This document shows, one piece after another, positions 25,310 through 27,149 of a stretch of DNA of 27,149 nt. This stretch comes from Desulfobacterales bacterium. Lineage in GTDB: Bacteria > Desulfobacterota > Desulfobacteria > Desulfobacterales > Desulfosalsimonadaceae. The stretch is from contig JALOPH010000013.1 of the NCBI GenBank assembly GCA_025453995.1, positions 1 to 27,149 on the forward strand, given 5' to 3'. Both the position numbers and the translations under genes were made by a program. The notes below the pieces were generated by a model, which was given only the letters and a program-made list of their open reading frames with translations, did not search any database and was not told where the DNA came from. The first letter of the stretch is position 1, and every line of letters begins with the position of its first letter.

Positions 25310-25376
25310 CTCATAAGAAAACGGGTAGTGGTTTTTTTATCGATGGTTCATTTCAAAGCCCCGGAGATTTATATTC

Positions 25377-26741
25377 ATGCGATGGATTCGGTTTTTTTCA
25401 GGATTAGTCACATTAATGCTCAATCCGGTATTCACCTGCTTTGCGCTTGAATCGGCAAGCGCCCTGCCTGCCGGAATCACACTGGAGGCGTCGATTGCAG
25501 AGGCCCTGAAAAAAAACCCCCAGATTGTGGCGGCTCAAGCCAGGGTATCAGCGGCGGAGCACCGCCACAATGGGGCGCGTTCCGGATTTTTCCCCAGAAT
25601 CAATGCCTCCGAAACCTATCAGCGCACCACCAATCCCATGTGGGCGTTCGGGATCAAGCTCAACCAGCAGACCATCACCCGGGAGGATTTCAACCCGGAT
25701 CTTCTCAATGATCCGTCGGTCATGGACAATTACGCCAGCCAGGTCTGGCTCACCTGGCCGTTATATGACAGCGGCCAGACGTGGTACGCGTGGCGCCAGG
25801 CTGACATGGCCCGACAGTCCGAAGAAGCGGCGCTTGCACGGACCCGCCAGGAAGTGATAGCGAAAACGGTCGCTGCCTATACGGATCTGGTGATGGCCCG
25901 TCACAGCGTGGCGGTAGTGGATCAGGCCATTTCAACCGCCCGGGCCCATTTGGCGATGATTGAAAAACGCTATGAAAACGGCCTGGCGGTAAAAAGCGAC
26001 GTGCTCAGGACCCGGGTGCACATCGCTGAACTGGAACAGGACAAGGTAAACGCGGACAGCCGCCTGTCGGTGGCTGAATCCGCCTTAAACGCTGTCATGG
26101 GGGAGGATATGAGCTTAAGGCAGTGCCCGCAGACGCCGTTGTCCAAGATGGAAATGGAAGCAAAGGAGTTAAACGCCTGGATCGACGTGGCGCTGGCGCA
26201 TCGGCCGGACTTGATTCAGCTTTCCTTTCAGGAAAAGATGGCGGACTCGCAAATCAGTAAATCCAAATCCGCATACCTGCCCTCTGTCTCGCTAAACGGA
26301 GGATATGAATGGGATACGGAGGATTTCAGCGACATGGCCGATAATTATTCGGTCGGCGCAAGCGTCACCATGAACCTGTTTTCCGGCGGGCAGACCGTGT
26401 ACCAGGCCCGGGAAGCCGTCTCCCGCCGCCAGGAAATCAGGGCCCAGCTTCAGGCCATGAAACAGCAGGTCCGCCTGGACACGGAGCAGGCATACCGGGA
26501 TGTGCTTTCGGCAGAGAAGCGAATTGCGGCGGCCAGCGCGGCGGTAGATCTCTCTGATGAGGCGCTGCGCATCGTCCGCAACCGGTATGACAGCGGGCTG
26601 ATTCCCCTGGTTTCCCTGCTGGACGCCGAACTTGCGCTATATCGTTCAAATAACAATTACTATCAGGCATTAAAAGATCATATGCAGGCCCGGGCCCGGC
26701 TCGGCCTGGCGGCGGGGAAACTGGATGAGGGGTTTAAGTGA
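25377..26741 (+). CDS. TolC-family outer membrane efflux protein (OMF)
   Basis: 454 aa. Signal peptide (MRWIRFFSGLVTLMLNPVFTCFA). Two repeated halves with TolC-like motifs (LTLEASIAEALKKNPQIVAAQARV...; second half LNAWIDVALAHRPDLIQL...), coiled-coil/beta-barrel alternation. Followed by a membrane-fusion protein gene. Confidence 0.85.
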   Translation: MRWIRFFSGLVTLMLNPVFTCFALESASALPAGITLEASIAEALKKNPQIVAAQARVSAAEHRHNGARSGFFPRINASETYQRTTNPMWAFGIKLNQQTITREDFNPDLLNDPSVMDNYASQVWLTWPLYDSGQTWYAWRQADMARQSEEAALARTRQEVIAKTVAAYTDLVMARHSVAVVDQAISTARAHLAMIEKRYENGLAVKSDVLRTRVHIAELEQDKVNADSRLSVAESALNAVMGEDMSLRQCPQTPLSKMEMEAKELNAWIDVALAHRPDLIQLSFQEKMADSQISKSKSAYLPSVSLNGGYEWDTEDFSDMADNYSVGASVTMNLFSGGQTVYQAREAVSRRQEIRAQLQAMKQQVRLDTEQAYRDVLSAEKRIAAASAAVDLSDEALRIVRNRYDSGLIPLVSLLDAELALYRSNNNYYQALKDHMQARARLGLAAGKLDEGFK

Positions 26742-26894
26742 AAGCAACAAAATGCTTCGTCGAAAGTTATCACCCAAATTTTCATTCGCAATTTACAATT
26801 GACCATTTACAATTATCAATTCTCAATTGATTTAATAACGGCATGTTAAAAAAATTGTGCATTGAAAATAGTTAATGAATATAAGGACAGCGAC

Positions 26895-27149
26895 ATGAAG
26901 ATAAACAAAAAACATCGTCAAATTTTATGGCATGGTCTGATTCCACTGATTTTGTTTTTGATATCAGGATGCTCGGATAAAACGCGGGCGCCTGACAAAA
27001 CAACCTCTGTCATCAAAGCCGAGGTTATGACAGTTAAAGTGCAAGGCCATCCGGTTCGGTATGAATCCGTCGGGACTGTTGAAGCCAAAACCGCCGCCAC
27101 CGTGGCCGCCAAAGTCATGGGTGAAATCAGGCACATCGCTGTTAAGGAA
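26895..27149 (+). CDS. Efflux RND transporter periplasmic adaptor (membrane fusion protein) lipoprotein, 5' partial (continues past window end)
   Basis: AAGGA SD 7 nt upstream of ATG 26895. MKINKKHRQILWHGLIPLILFLISGCSD is a lipoprotein signal. VIKAEVMTVKVQGHPVRYESVGTVEAKTAATVAAKVMGEIRHIAVKE is the typical start of an MFP beta-barrel/lipoyl region. No stop in the window, so the track missed it. The listed minus ORF 26918-27136 is antisense to it. Confidence 0.75.
   Translation, partial: MKINKKHRQILWHGLIPLILFLISGCSDKTRAPDKTTSVIKAEVMTVKVQGHPVRYESVGTVEAKTAATVAAKVMGEIRHIAVKE

Noticed and set aside
1-27149. CRISPR arrays, tRNA/rRNA genes, transposases/integrases, toxin-antitoxin or known defence-system genes
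   Set aside because: I found no regularly spaced short direct repeats, no cloverleaf-like tRNA candidates in the intergenic gaps and no ORF with recombinase, nuclease or defence hallmarks. The window reads as core or accessory metabolism and envelope functions rather than a mobile or defence island.

Overview
This 27.1-kb window reads as an ordinary chromosomal segment of a moderately GC-rich Gram-negative bacterium, with about 24 protein-coding genes and no rRNA, tRNA, CRISPR array or recognisable transposase/integrase. The gene content (sigma-54 PspF/PspA, flotillin, DUF362, a TIGR02147-like protein, lysine 2,3-aminomutase, a PAS hybrid histidine kinase) suggests a Desulfobacterota-type anaerobe, but that is inference.

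Genes in order:
- 1-906 (-): partial lipoprotein gene running off the window start.
- 1010-5874 (-): two paralogous secreted beta-propeller lipoproteins flanking a TIGR02147-like gene, with a strikingly AT-rich upstream region (5875-6125) that contains a 22-bp perfect palindrome.
- 6203-7974: hemerythrin-like gene divergent from a CDF metal exporter.
- 7998-10061: a small unknown protein, a TraB/GumN-family protein and a small membrane protein.
- 10349-12599 (+): a hypothetical protein with an Ala/Pro-rich linker, followed by a DUF362 protein.
- 12727-14973 (+): PAS-containing hybrid histidine kinase/response regulator.
- 14920-18920 (-): the most interesting cluster: lysine 2,3-aminomutase (KamA) - strong terminator hairpin - two tandem D-Ala-D-Ala-ligase-like ATP-grasp enzymes - GNAT acetyltransferase. 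This points to a beta-lysine-derived peptide or solute pathway more elaborate than the known ablA/ablB (kamA-yodP) acetyl-beta-lysine pair.
- 19209-23584 (+): membrane-stress module made of a PspF-like sigma-54 activator, a 13-bp perfect inverted repeat and a sigma-54-like promoter, PspA, an NfeD/YqiJ-like protein, a GAATGTCGAA repeat cluster, and a flotillin carrying an in-frame 153-bp tandem duplication.
- 23855-27149 (+): DUF374 protein, histidine phosphatase, a TolC-like outer-membrane factor, and the 5' end of an RND membrane-fusion lipoprotein gene.

All domain and family assignments come from reading motifs by eye; no database search was run.
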